In this document: positions 1 through 11,123 of the stretch, piece by piece
Layout of the letters: each line of letters opens with the position of its first letter
Position numbering within the stretch: position 1 is the stretch's first letter
Source: Raja brachyura
Taxonomy: Eukaryota
DNA length: 64,000 bases
Direction: 5' to 3'
NCBI GenBank assembly: GCA_963514005.1
Contig: OY740798.1
Coordinates: 41,788,001-41,852,000 of the forward strand
Notes under the pieces: generated by a model
Databases searched by the model: none
Told to the model about the DNA's origin: nothing
The model's input: only the letters and a program-made list of their open reading frames with translations
Program-made: the position numbers and the translations under genes

Positions 1-250
1 TCACTGATGTTGAGAGCCAGATTGTTGTGCTGGCACCATTTGGTCAATTGGTCAATCTCACTTCTCTACTGAGTTATCACTATCTGTGATTCGTCCAACA
101 ACAGTGGTGTCATCGGCGAACTTGATGATGGAGTTCGCACTATGTTCGTCTACGCAGTCTTGGGTATGGAGGGAGAAAAGCGCGCAGCCTTGAGGTGTTC
201 CCGTATTGATTGTTACTGAGGATGAAGTGTTTCTGCCAATTCGAACCTAG
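1..250 (-). mobile_element. Rex1/Babar-type LINE RT fragment
   Basis: Reverse complement of ~98-135 reads [13 protein letters not shown], the RT core also seen in the larger Rex copy at 53091-55896. Confidence 0.7.
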
Positions 251-1094
251 ATCCCATCACCAGTCCTTCGGTCACTGACAGCAGAGTCACTCCTCCCCTT
301 ATGGACCCTAGGTTGAGTGGTGGTGCTCCTTGCCCTCCGGACCCCGACTACAAAGGATGCTCTACTGGTCCATCCTCAACAGGAACCACACTGCTCTTGG
401 TCTTGGCGTCCTTCTCCAGGTTGTCCAAGAAGGACCTGAGCTGACGCTGGTCATTCCCCTTCACCCCCTTCACCTCCTTACCCCTCCTCCTCCTTCTGTG
501 GATGTGGTTCAGCGAGCTGGTGAGCACCGCGGCCTGCAGACCGAGGACCTGCTGAAGGTCCAGCTCATGGCTAGAGGCCAGGCACTCGCCTGGTTGGCCC
601 AACTCACCAGCCACAACAGTGGACCCGCGTCACAAACAGCCCAGTAAGGCTAGCCCACCCGCCACTGACCGGGGACTCGCCCGCCACCGACAGAGGACCC
701 ATGCCACAGATCAGAACCCGCCCAAGAAGCCCGGCTCACCCACAGCGGATTGAAAACCCACGGGAACCCACCTGGAGAGCCGGTAAGCAAACTGGCTGCA
801 GGAGGGAATGCAGTGCCTCGACGGGGGAGTGGGAAGCTGGAGGCCCTGCAACAGCCTGGGGCTCAGCTGGACTGGTCGCCACCCCAAGAGGCCAAGCACA
901 TGGACCAGATGCGGCCTACATTGGTGGACCAGCAGCGGAGCACACCATGGCCACGCCAGGCTGGGCCAACCCTGCAATGCTGCCAGGACACCAGACCTTG
1001 ATGGTCAGAACAAAATCCCTGCACTTACAATAATGGGGAAAATGGTGCCAAAGTGGAGACTCTGTAGACCCTGCCGACTACAAAATTCAGAAGG

Positions 1095-1495
1095 TTCAGA
1101 AGGATGTGATAAAAAGCTGTTCTTCAACCAGGAGGTAGCAGTTTTCAGGCTCCTATACTTTATTTCCAATAGAAGTAGTGAAATTACATTAGCTCCCTTC
1201 TTAAGGCTGTAGATCCCTTTAATGGAGAGGTCATCAGTACCATGTTAGACAAGCCAATGATCACCATTTTCTGCAGCCTCTTTCCCTCTTGACCATTCGA
1301 ATGAACAAGGCTCTGATGCAACCAGTCAGAATGCTCTCTACCATATACTGGTAGAAGCTGAATGTAGTATGTGGTGTCATGCCAAATGACCTTGAACTTC
1401 TGCAGATGTTGAGGCGTTGATGAGCTTTTTGCATCAAAGTGCTGGGCCCAGGAATGATCTTCAGAGATGTGCATGCCCATCTCTGCCGATCATCC
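1095..1495 (-). mobile_element. Degenerate Rex1/Babar LINE 3' fragment
   Basis: ORFs 1184..1480 and 1261..1527 contain GMHISEDHSW, KAHQRL and FYQYMVESILTGCI, typical Rex RT C-terminal motifs; frameshifted. Confidence 0.7.
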
Positions 1496-2029
1496 CTGGT
1501 AATTCTGTTAATTGTCTTCACCACCATCCCGCCGATTCATTGATCCTAAGTTTTCTCTTCCTGGAGGTAGAATCCCAATGATTCACATCCTATGCATAAA
1601 GAAATTTTCCACAGTCCTAAATAGTCTAGTGAACACAGGGCATGGCTACTCAATCCCTCCTCAAATTAAACCCACGATTCCTGGAACCAATCCAGAGATT
1701 TTTTGCTGTAGTTCCCGCAACGGCAAGTATATTACTTTTTTAGTTAATGTGACCTGAAATGTTTTCTAATATTCTTGATGAAATGGCTTTGAGGTGATTC
1801 ATTCACCGCAGGATACCAGCTTCTGATCTGCTTTTGTTGCCAGATTATTGTATTTGGCTAGTCAATAGTAATACCCAGGTTATTAATGGTGGGAAAATGC
1901 TGGAGTAACTCAGTGGGTCAGGAGTGACTCATCTATGGAGGACATGGATAGATGTTGTTTAGGGTTGGGACAGTTCTTCAGACTGATTGTAGTCAGGGGG
2001 AAAAAGCTTGAACAGAGTTGGGTAGTCAA

Positions 2030-2417
2030 GGTAGCTGTAGGTAATTTCAGTTAATTGTCTTTGTTGACTGGGCATTTTCACTGGATCATTGGGGAAAAAA
2101 AAGTAAGCAAGTTTTCAGAACTTAGGATAACCGACCGGTAATGCTAAATCCCCGCCAAACTTCACAGCTGTGTATCTCTGGCTTATTAAAAATTGTCTGG
2201 CTTCTTAAAGGTGTCTCCACTCCTTCTCCCCCCTTCTTCCCCCCCTTCTCCCCCCTCCCCTTCCCCCACGCCCCCCTCTTTTAAAGGATTTACCGTACAC
2301 TGTGCTAGCCGTCTTAGCCTTCCTATTCATCGCGGTGTGTGCCTGTATCACCTTGGCTTTGCGCCATGTCAATTTCAGACAGCAATCCCCCCGCTTTCCC
2401 TGGCCCCCGCCTTTGCG

Positions 2418-2450
<33 letters not shown>

Positions 2451-2719
2451 CCACTCTGACAGTTGCCGTTCCAGTTCCCAGATTTTCAGGCGTGGTCGCG
2501 AACTTGAAAGTCGCCGGCAGTCTGCTGAAAATTTGCGATTTTTTCGGTGACTGCCAGCATCATTGAATGACTGAAAAAGTTGCGGCGTGATGACGTATTG
2601 ACGTGCAGTGTTTCCTCACGTGTCACAACATTTTTTTTGTCGTCGCTGGATTTTGAAATGATTAAAAGCGTTCGGCGACGCTGACAGTCGCCGAAACATC
2701 GCCAAGTGGATCAGGCCCT
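2030..2719. mobile_element. Truncated PIF/Harbinger-type MITE (right end only), containing a (GT)n tract at ~2419-2449
   Basis: Ends in CCAAGTGGATCAGGCCCT followed by TTA; the internal sequence is homologous to ~16600-17055 of the complete copy. Confidence 0.65.
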
Positions 2720-2832
2720 TTATTTTTTTCCCCCTACAAATGCTGCATGGCCCATTATAATGTTCCAGCAGATTGTTTGTTGATTTAGTCTGACCCGTCT
2801 GCCTACTCATTTTAAACCTACACCAACAGCTA

Positions 2833-4442
2833 CAGTGGCTTGCAAAAGTTTTCATACCACTTGAACTTTTCCACATTTTGTCAAGTTACAACCACAAACG
2901 TAAATGTATTTTATTGTGATTTTATGTGATAGACCAACACAAAGTGGCGCATAATTGTGAAGTGGAAGGAAAATGATACGTGGTTTTCAAATTTTTTTAC
3001 AAATAAAAAACTGAAAAGTGTGGCATGCAAAAGTATTCAGCCCCCTTTACTCTGATACTCCTAAATAAAATCCAGTGCAACCAATTGCCTTCAGAGGTCA
3101 CCTAAGTAGTAAATAGAGTCCACTTGTGTGTAATCTAATCTCAGTATAAATACAGCTGTTCTGTGAAGGCCTCAGTGGTTTGTTAGAGAACATTAGTGAA
3201 CAAACAGCATCATGAAGCTCAAGGAACACACCAGACAGGTCAGGGATAAAGTTGTGGAGAAGTTTAAAGCAGGATTAGGTTATAAAAATATATCCCAAGC
3301 TTTGAACATCTCACGGAGCACTGTTCAATCCATCATCCGAAAATGGAAAGAGAATGGCACAACTGCAAACCAACCAAGACATGGCCACCCACCTACAGTA
3401 ACAGGCCGGGCAAGGAGAGCATTGATCAGAGAAGCAGCCAAGAGGCCCATGGTAACATTGGAGGAACTGCAGAGATCCACAGCTCAGAATCTGTCCACAG
3501 GACAACTATTAGCCGTGCACTCCACAAATTGGGCCTTTATGGAAGAGTGGTAAGAAGAAAGCCATTGTTGAAACAAAGCCATAAGAAATCCCGTTTGCAG
3601 TTTGTCACAAGCCATGTGGGGGACACAGCAAACATGTAGAGGAAGGTGCTCTGGTCTGATGAGACCAAAATTGAAGTTTTTGGCATAAATGCAAAACGCT
3701 ATGTGTGACGGAAAACTAACACTGCACATCACCCTGAACACACCATACCCACTGTGAAACATGGTGGTGGCAGCAACATGCTGTGGGAATGCTTTTCTTC
3801 AGCAAGGACAGGGAAGCTTGTCAGAGTTGATGGGAAGATGGATGGAGCCAAATACAGGGCAATCTTGGAAGAAAACCTGTTAGAGTCTGCAAAAGACTTG
3901 AGACTGGGGCAGAGGTTCACCTTCCATCAGGACAACGACCCTAAACATACAGCCAGAGCTACAATGGAATGGTTTAGATCAAAGCATATTCATGTGTTAG
4001 AATGGCCCAGTCACAAGTCCAGACTTAAATCCAATTGAGAATCTCTGGGAAGACTTGAAAATTGCTGTTCACAGACGCTCTCCATCCAATCTGACTGAGT
4101 TTGAGCTATTTTGCAACGAAGAATGGGCAAAAATGTCAGTCTCTAAATGTGCAAAGCTGGTAGAGACATAGCCCAAAAGACTTGCAGCTGTAATTGCAGT
4201 GAAAGGTGGTTCTACAAAGTATTGACTCGGGGGGGCTGAATACTTTTGCACGCCACACTTTCAAGTTTTTTATTTGTAATAAAATTTGGAAACATGTATC
4301 ATTTTCCTTCCACTTCACAATTATGCGCCACTTTGTGTTGGTCTATCACATAAAATCCCAATAAAATACATTTATGTTTGTGGTTGTAACGTGACAAAAT
4401 GTGGAAATGTTCAAGGGGTATGAATACTTTTGCAAGCCACTG
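2833..4442 (+). mobile_element. Full-length Tc1/mariner transposon, Passport-like, IR/DR type
   Basis: TA flanks at 2831-2832 and 4443-4444; ~210-bp TIRs starting CAGTGGCTTGCAAAAGT and ending ACTTTTGCAAGCCACTG; inner repeats GCAAAAGTATTCA near 3027 and 4236; internal transposase. Confidence 0.95.
3212..4225 (+). pseudogene. Inactivated Tc1 (DDE) transposase
   Basis: MKLKEHTRQVRDKVVEKFKAGLGYK paired-like HTH, then WSDETK, QDNDPKH and PDLNPIENL motifs. Frameshifts near 3489 and ~4012; in-frame stops near 3637 and 3706. Confidence 0.92.
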
Positions 4443-4622
4443 TACGCAGGCACATTTACCCTGTACACCTACTGAAGATCTGCAGATTACAAATCCACAA
4501 AGGTACACAGGCACATTTACCCTGTACACCGACTGGAGATCTGCAGATTAATATCATATTTAATTATAGTTCTAATTAATAGAAAGCCAAGAGCATTTAT
4601 TTTTAATTCATTATTTTTGCAG

Positions 4623-4801
4623 GTGCTTTTCACATGTAGGTTACCAAAAAAAGGAAAGGTTGCTATCATTGGAAAGACCAGGTTGTGTTCATTTCGGTGT
4701 AGTAGCACATGAATTTTTGCATGCAATTGGATTTCAGCATGAGCAATCCAGAAGTGACCGTGATGATCACATCACAATCTTTCATGAAAATGTTTGTCCT
4801 G
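4623..4801 (+). CDS. Astacin-CUB metalloprotease, catalytic exon (zinc-binding motif)
   Basis: ttttgcAG acceptor and GTAAG donor. Encodes CFSHVGYQKKERLLSLERPGCVHFGVVAHEFLHAIGFQHEQSRSDRDDHITIFHENVCP, containing the astacin signature HExxHxxGFxHExxRxDRD. Confidence 0.95.
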
Positions 4802-6559
4802 GTAAGATATCTGAAAACATCTATTTTACTTTTGCATATTTACAGCTGTTTTTGAATTACTTTTATCTTAATATCATTTCACTTTTTAATTGAACCACTT
4901 AAACATGATGTTTAAATTGTGTATTTATTTATTGTGATTGCAAGTAATTTATTGTTTTAACGGGGGGGGGGGTGATATTCCATTTGCTCTTTTTCTGCTT
5001 TTGGAGCAACGGAGAAAATGATTTTATGATCATATTCTCCATAAAGATTGTATTATGTTGCTCAGAATAAAGGAATATTGTTAAGGGAAGCTTGCTGTAG
5101 GGGAGCATCGAGCAAAGTTTTTGAAGAGGACCAACATAGTGGGCAGAAAGATTGCACTTATTAGGATCCAGAATTATGGATCAGATTGAAATGAATGCAG
5201 GGCCCAGCCAAATTGATGGAAACCAATAATGAAAGTACTTTTATTAGGACACTTTCGTAATTCTGATGTGGCCCTGTGTCCAACACAATTCAATAAACTA
5301 CTGCAGTATTCCTGGAGCATATCAAGCAAAAAGAAACCTTCATCTAGGCTGTTTACTCGTGCCAAATGTTAGTTTGTGTATTTTACATTCAAGGCTTCAA
5401 CTTAACATCTGACCCTTTCTGGCATAACGGAAATATGGTATTGCCAAGTGAGATTTCACCCTGTTGCCTGATTTCTAAACGGTATTACAAACAAAGAATG
5501 CTGGAAATACTTAACATGTAGGGTTAATATTTCATTTCAATGGCCTTTCCTTCATGGAACTCATGAAAGACAATAAAATACCTATAACAGGAGGAGGTGG
5601 GAAGAGGGCATCATGCAAGATCCCCTAAGTGCATTTAGTGACTTATTTTAATGCATTGATTTTCTGAGGATAAATGCCTACGATTACTTTATTGAGGGGA
5701 TTATCACCAAGGTTTGTTAACTGTACAGCTAAAACCATAAGCAGCCCATGGAAAGTGGGTCATGATGTTGAAGGACATTATGGAAGCAGGAAAAATATTA
5801 CTTTACGTTTCACCTTAAAGTTCCAGGTGTAAGGTATTGCAGACTACACATACATTGCTTTCGATGTTCCATAAAAACCATTGGGCATCAATGTCAATTG
5901 CGAAAAATTCAACTCTCAGAGAACAACTGAGTTCTAACCATAAATTGCTTTGCATCTACATCTGATGTGCAATCTGCATCTGAACACTTTTTTTCATCTC
6001 CCAATCTTTCCTGCTGCCGATCGTCCAACCAAACTGACAGATTGGAGACAACCTAACAGTTGATTAACCTATACAAGCATTTACTTTTTTTTTTAAATCA
6101 CTTTTCGCGTGCTGGCATCCATGTCAAGGCCAACATTTATCACTAATTTTCCTTCAGTGGGTTTCGGCCCGAAACGTTGCCTATTTCCTTCGCTCCATAG
6201 ATGCTGCCTCAACCTTCAATTTTCCAGCATCTGCAGTTCGTTCTAAAACACACGCCATCTTGAACTGCTGCCTTTGTAGAGAATGTAAAAAATATTTTAT
6301 GGGGAATTCTAAAATTTTGGAGAAATGGTAATATTCCTTGAGTGACTTTGGTAAAGTGGGAAGATCTTGTTATTCTGGCTTTATCCTTCTAGATGGTGTT
6401 TTGCATGTCAGGGAGATGGCTTGATGAGTCGCTAGATTGTCTTGTAGACAGTGCACATTGCAGCCATAATGCATGGATTCTGCAGGGAGTGAGTGTGTAA
6501 TGAGATGTTTGGGTGCCAGGCAAATCAAATACTTTGTCATCCAGGCCTATTAGAAGAGG

Positions 6560-9520
6560 AAGGCATTTTTTTGAGATGTTAACAAGAAAGGCAAATGCTG
6601 ACAGTGGATTTTATGGAATCATCATAGCTTTTGACAAGCTAATTGCTTAAAAAGTATAAATCTGTGGAATTAAAGAGAGATTTACAAATTGAATTCAAAT
6701 TTGGCTCAGTGGCAGGAAGCAAAGAGTGATAGTTGTCAGATAGATTTTTACCATTGGGGTTCCACAGGGTTTGGAATATGGTCCCTTTTTGCATGATAGA
6801 TTAACAACTTCCACTTAAATAAATGGCGGCATGATAAGGAAGCTTGCAGTTAATATAAAAATAGGCCATGCAGTGATGATGAAGAAGAAAGGAAGATATA
6901 GATAGTGTGACTTTGCCCCCTCTGATCCCTATCATTGGCTGACAGGCCAGGAGAGGCTAATCCCCAGCTTCATTGGTAACAACTGGGTCCAATTAGCTGA
7001 TTTTGGTTTGGCCACCCCATTCCCTGTAAAACCCAGCCAGCGGGAGAAAGGGGGAGCTGCTAAGATAAACCTGAGACTGCCAACACCTCCTCTTGAGGCA
7101 TGGGTGAACTGCAGGGAGAAACCTGGATTGTCATGCCTCCTCGTTTGTAGTCTGGTAAATTGGAAACTATTAAAAACAAGGGAGTGTTCATGGGAAGCAT
7201 GCTCTTATAAGAAGATAAAGCAAGGAGGAACAGTGAACAGGTTGATGAGGGATATTGAGGCTCAGGTCAGGAGTAAAGGAGGTCAGGGATAGCCAGCTGG
7301 GATCAAGTTAATCCCGCAAAGTATAATACATTGTAGGAATTCAGTTAAGGAAATTGGGAGAGCAAAAAGAGGACATGGGATAGCTCTGATGGATAAGGTA
7401 AAGGAGAACCCTAAGAGATTCTACAAGTCTATCAAGAACAAAAAGGTAACTAAAGAAATAATGGGTCCCCTGAAGGATCAATGTGTTTATCTGTGAATGG
7501 AGCCACAGGAGATGGGTGCGGTCTCAAATGTATATGTTTCATCTCTATTTAACGTGGTGATGGCCATGGAAACTAAGGAATCAAGGTAAATTAATTGCAT
7601 GTCTATGTTACAGAAGAGGAGGTGCTGACTATCTTAGGCTGCCAGTGATTAGTGGAGTTCCGCAAGGTCAGTGATGGGGCCACTTCTCTTCATGCCGTGT
7701 ATTTATGATTTGGATAAGGGGATTGAAGGCTTTGTGGCCAAGTTTGCAGATGATGCTCAGAAAGGTGATGGGGAAGGCAGTGTAGGGGAAGCAAGGACTC
7801 TGCAGAAGGACTTTGACAGGCTGGGAGAGTGGGCAGAGAAGTGACAGATGTAATTTAGTGTAGCAAAGTGTGCAGTCATACATTTTGGTATTGAGAATAA
7901 AGGTGTAAATTATTTTCTGAATGCCGAGAGAACGCAGAAATCGGAGGTGCAAAGGGACTTGGGCGTGATGGTGCAGGACTCCCAAAAAGTTAATTTGCAA
8001 GTCAAAACAGTGGTAAGGAAGGTAAATTCAATGCTAGTATTTAGATTAAGAGGACTGGAATACAAAAACAGGTGTAATGCTGAGGCTGTATAAGGTGCTC
8101 GTCAGGCCGCATTTCGAGTATTGTGAGCAAATTTGGGCCCCATATCTGAGGAAGGATGTGCTGCCTCTGGAGAGGGTCCAAAGGAGGTTTACAAGAATGA
8201 TTCCAGGAATGAGTGGGTTAGCATATGATGAGCGTTTGACAGCACTGGACCTCTACTCGCTGGGGTTTAGAAGGTTGAGGGAGACCTCATTGAAACTTAC
8301 AGAATAATGAAAGGCACAGATGGAGTGGATGTGGAAAGGATGCTACCACTGGTGGGAGAATCTAGGACCAAAGGTCATAGCCTCAGAATTAAAGGGCAGT
8401 CTTTTAGAAAGGTGAGGAGGAACTTCTTTAGATGGTAGTTAATCTGTGGAACTCATTGTCACAGAGGGCTGTGGAGGCCAAGTCAGTTGATATTTTTAAG
8501 ACCGAGATAAACAAATTCTTGATTAGAACGGGTGTCAAAGATTATGGGGATAAGGCAGGTCAATGGGATTTGGAGGCTGAGATCAGCCTTGATTGAATGG
8601 CTGAGTAGACTCGATGGGCTGAATGGCCTAATTATTTTCCTATAACTTGTGAACTTGTGACATGGAGTTGGAATAAACAGATGTTTTCAAGCTGGAAAGA
8701 TGTATTGAGTGGAGTGGAGTGGAGCGTCCCATGGATCAATTCTTTGCCCTCAATCCATAACTGCTTATTTTAATGATCTAGCGAAGAATGTAGATTGTAA
8801 GATATGCAAGTTTGCCAACCACGAGGCACGTTGTGATATTTATAATAGGATGCCGATTGGTTGAGTTAGTTGGTGAAAATTTGGCACATAGAGTGTAATG
8901 TAGGGAAGCACGAGGTCATGTAGTTTAGTAAGAGGAATCTAAAAGCAAATAGGAAATATTGTTAAATGTGGTCAGAGAATTGGTGAGGCCACACCTGGAG
9001 TACAAGGCACAATTTTGGTCCCCTTATATAGCAAGGACACTCTTGCACCTAGGCAATCCAGAGAGATTCACTACAGTAATTCATGGGATTAGAGTGTTGT
9101 CCTATCACTAGCAGCAAAATAAATGAAATCTGCGTTTTTTGGAGTTCAGAAGAATGTGGGTTGATCTTACTGAAGCACACAGATACTAAGGGGATGTGGC
9201 AAGGTAGGCGTTGAGATGTTTCACTAAGAACATCAAAGGGATACAGGTGCAAGTTAAGAGACTGGGCATATAAAACCCAAGGTTTATAGATTGTTTTCTG
9301 GCAGAAGGTGGTGAATCTCTAGAATTCTTTACCCTGGACGGTTGTGAAGTCTAGATCTGGAGGTATTTAAATAAGAAGTAAAGACGTTTTTTGAAAATTC
9401 AGAGAGTTGAGGACTATGTGAAACTGGCACTGATAGGAAGATGATGATGGGGGCAGATCTGCTGTGATCATATTGAATGGTGGGACCTGATGGCCTACTC
9501 CTCTTATGTTCTTGTTATTA
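6560..9520 (+). mobile_element. Cluster of nested degenerate CR1 LINE fragments
   Basis: ORF 8077..8307 (LYKVLVRPHFEYCEQIWAPYLRKDV...ERVQRRFTRMIPG); KFADD-like motif near 7740; CR1 3' tails near 8600-8660 and 9480-9520. Confidence 0.8.
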
Positions 9521-9918
9521 TACAATTTGTAGAAGAATTAGAGGAGAGTTAAGATTTTTTTCATCTGGAAGATGGGAGAATTGATTACCTAAAAATGGCA
9601 GAAGTAGAAATTATTTTTTCATTTTAAAAATACTTGCAGAGAATAGACACAGTCCTGGAAGGTGAAATATGGCTGGGCAGTTCCTTTCTAATCAATCAAT
9701 TTCTATGTCATAAATTTTCTAGGTTTTCTATTTCAATTATGGTGGTTGGTCTAAATATTTTGAGCAACTCTACACCAATTTTTAGTTTGCTAAAACTTGC
9801 ACCAAAATGTTTCTCTTTCTTAAAAATGGTATATAAATGGTAATTATTTTAAGACTGTCGACTGATGATCAGTATTCATGGAACAGTTTAATTAATGTTG
9901 TATGCATTATGTTTACAG

Positions 9919-10000
9919 GGCAGGAATATAATTTTAACAAACTTAATACAAATAATCTTGGCACAAAATATGACTATGGATCAATCATGCACTACGGCAA
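9919..10000 (+). CDS. Astacin-CUB metalloprotease, Met-turn exon
   Basis: tttacAG acceptor and GTGAGT donor; phase matches the previous exon. Encodes GQEYNFNKLNTNNLGTKYDYGSIMHYG with the SxMHY Met-turn. Confidence 0.95.
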
Positions 10001-11123
10001 GTGAGTTTGAGACCAGATACTTGCACATATAGTTTTTTTTAATGTGTTCATGGAGGTGGTCAACGTCAGCAAAGCATGGATTTATTCATCATATCTACCT
10101 GCCTGTTGTACTTATTACCTTGTTTGGCCATTTCAGAGGATCTTTAAGAGATGATCATTCCATGGGTCTATAATCACACATAGACTTCCCTCCACAATGG
10201 AACAGATGATTTTTTTTTTTACAGTTACCATGACTAATGGCGACTTTTGATATGAAGGGCACATTAGCTAAAGTAGATTGTGAAATTTGATTGACAGGCT
10301 AGATGATCAGGAAATTGTAGCAGTCTCCCAAGTAAAGATGCCTTTCTTGTTATTGGAAATATAAAAATTGAAGACTGTATGGAGAAATTAATTCATCCAT
10401 GACTAAATAGTTAAGAATGTTAAAATAATTATATTGAAAGAAAAGGATTATAAAGGTACTAAATTTAGTCTGAAAAATGGGAGAATTTTAGCAAGTGGCA
10501 AAGGATAAACAAAGAATTGATGAAGAAAAGAAAATACAATATGAGCATAACTAGTAAGAAGCAGGAAAATAAATTTAAGAACTTTTACTGGTAGGTAACA
10601 GAAAAGAGCATAACCAAATTATAGGTTGTTTTCTGAGAAGCAGAGACAAGTGAAGTAAACACAGTGCAAAGAAACTGCAGGAACATCAAGGAAATATCAA
10701 GTATATTTTTAAAGTGTAATTAAATGCTGGCTCAGCCTTCAAAGCCCATATCCCTTGAAAGAAAATGTATTTTTAAAAAAGTGGGCAAATAAATTCTGAG
10801 TACACACTGAATCTGTACGTGCAGAAAGAGTAGGCATAATGCATCAATGCTTGCTATGGCAACTGCTTTACCAAAGCCTGCAAAAAATTTCAGTAATAGA
10901 TATTGCCCAGTCCATGACTCGAACCAATCTCCTTCCCCATCAACTCCATCCACACTGCATCAGGAAAGCAATCAACATAATCAAGGACTACCATTCCCTC
11001 GACATTCTCTCTTCTCCCCTCTCCCATCAGAAATATGGTACAAAAGCTTGAAACCAAGTATCACCAGGTTCAAGAACAAGATTCAAGAGAGTTTATTGTC
11101 ATGTGTCCCTGATAGGACAATGA

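Noticed and set aside
6906-7280. Possible solo LTR interrupting CR1 fragments
   Set aside because: Starts with TG but I could not define a CA end, TSD or second copy.
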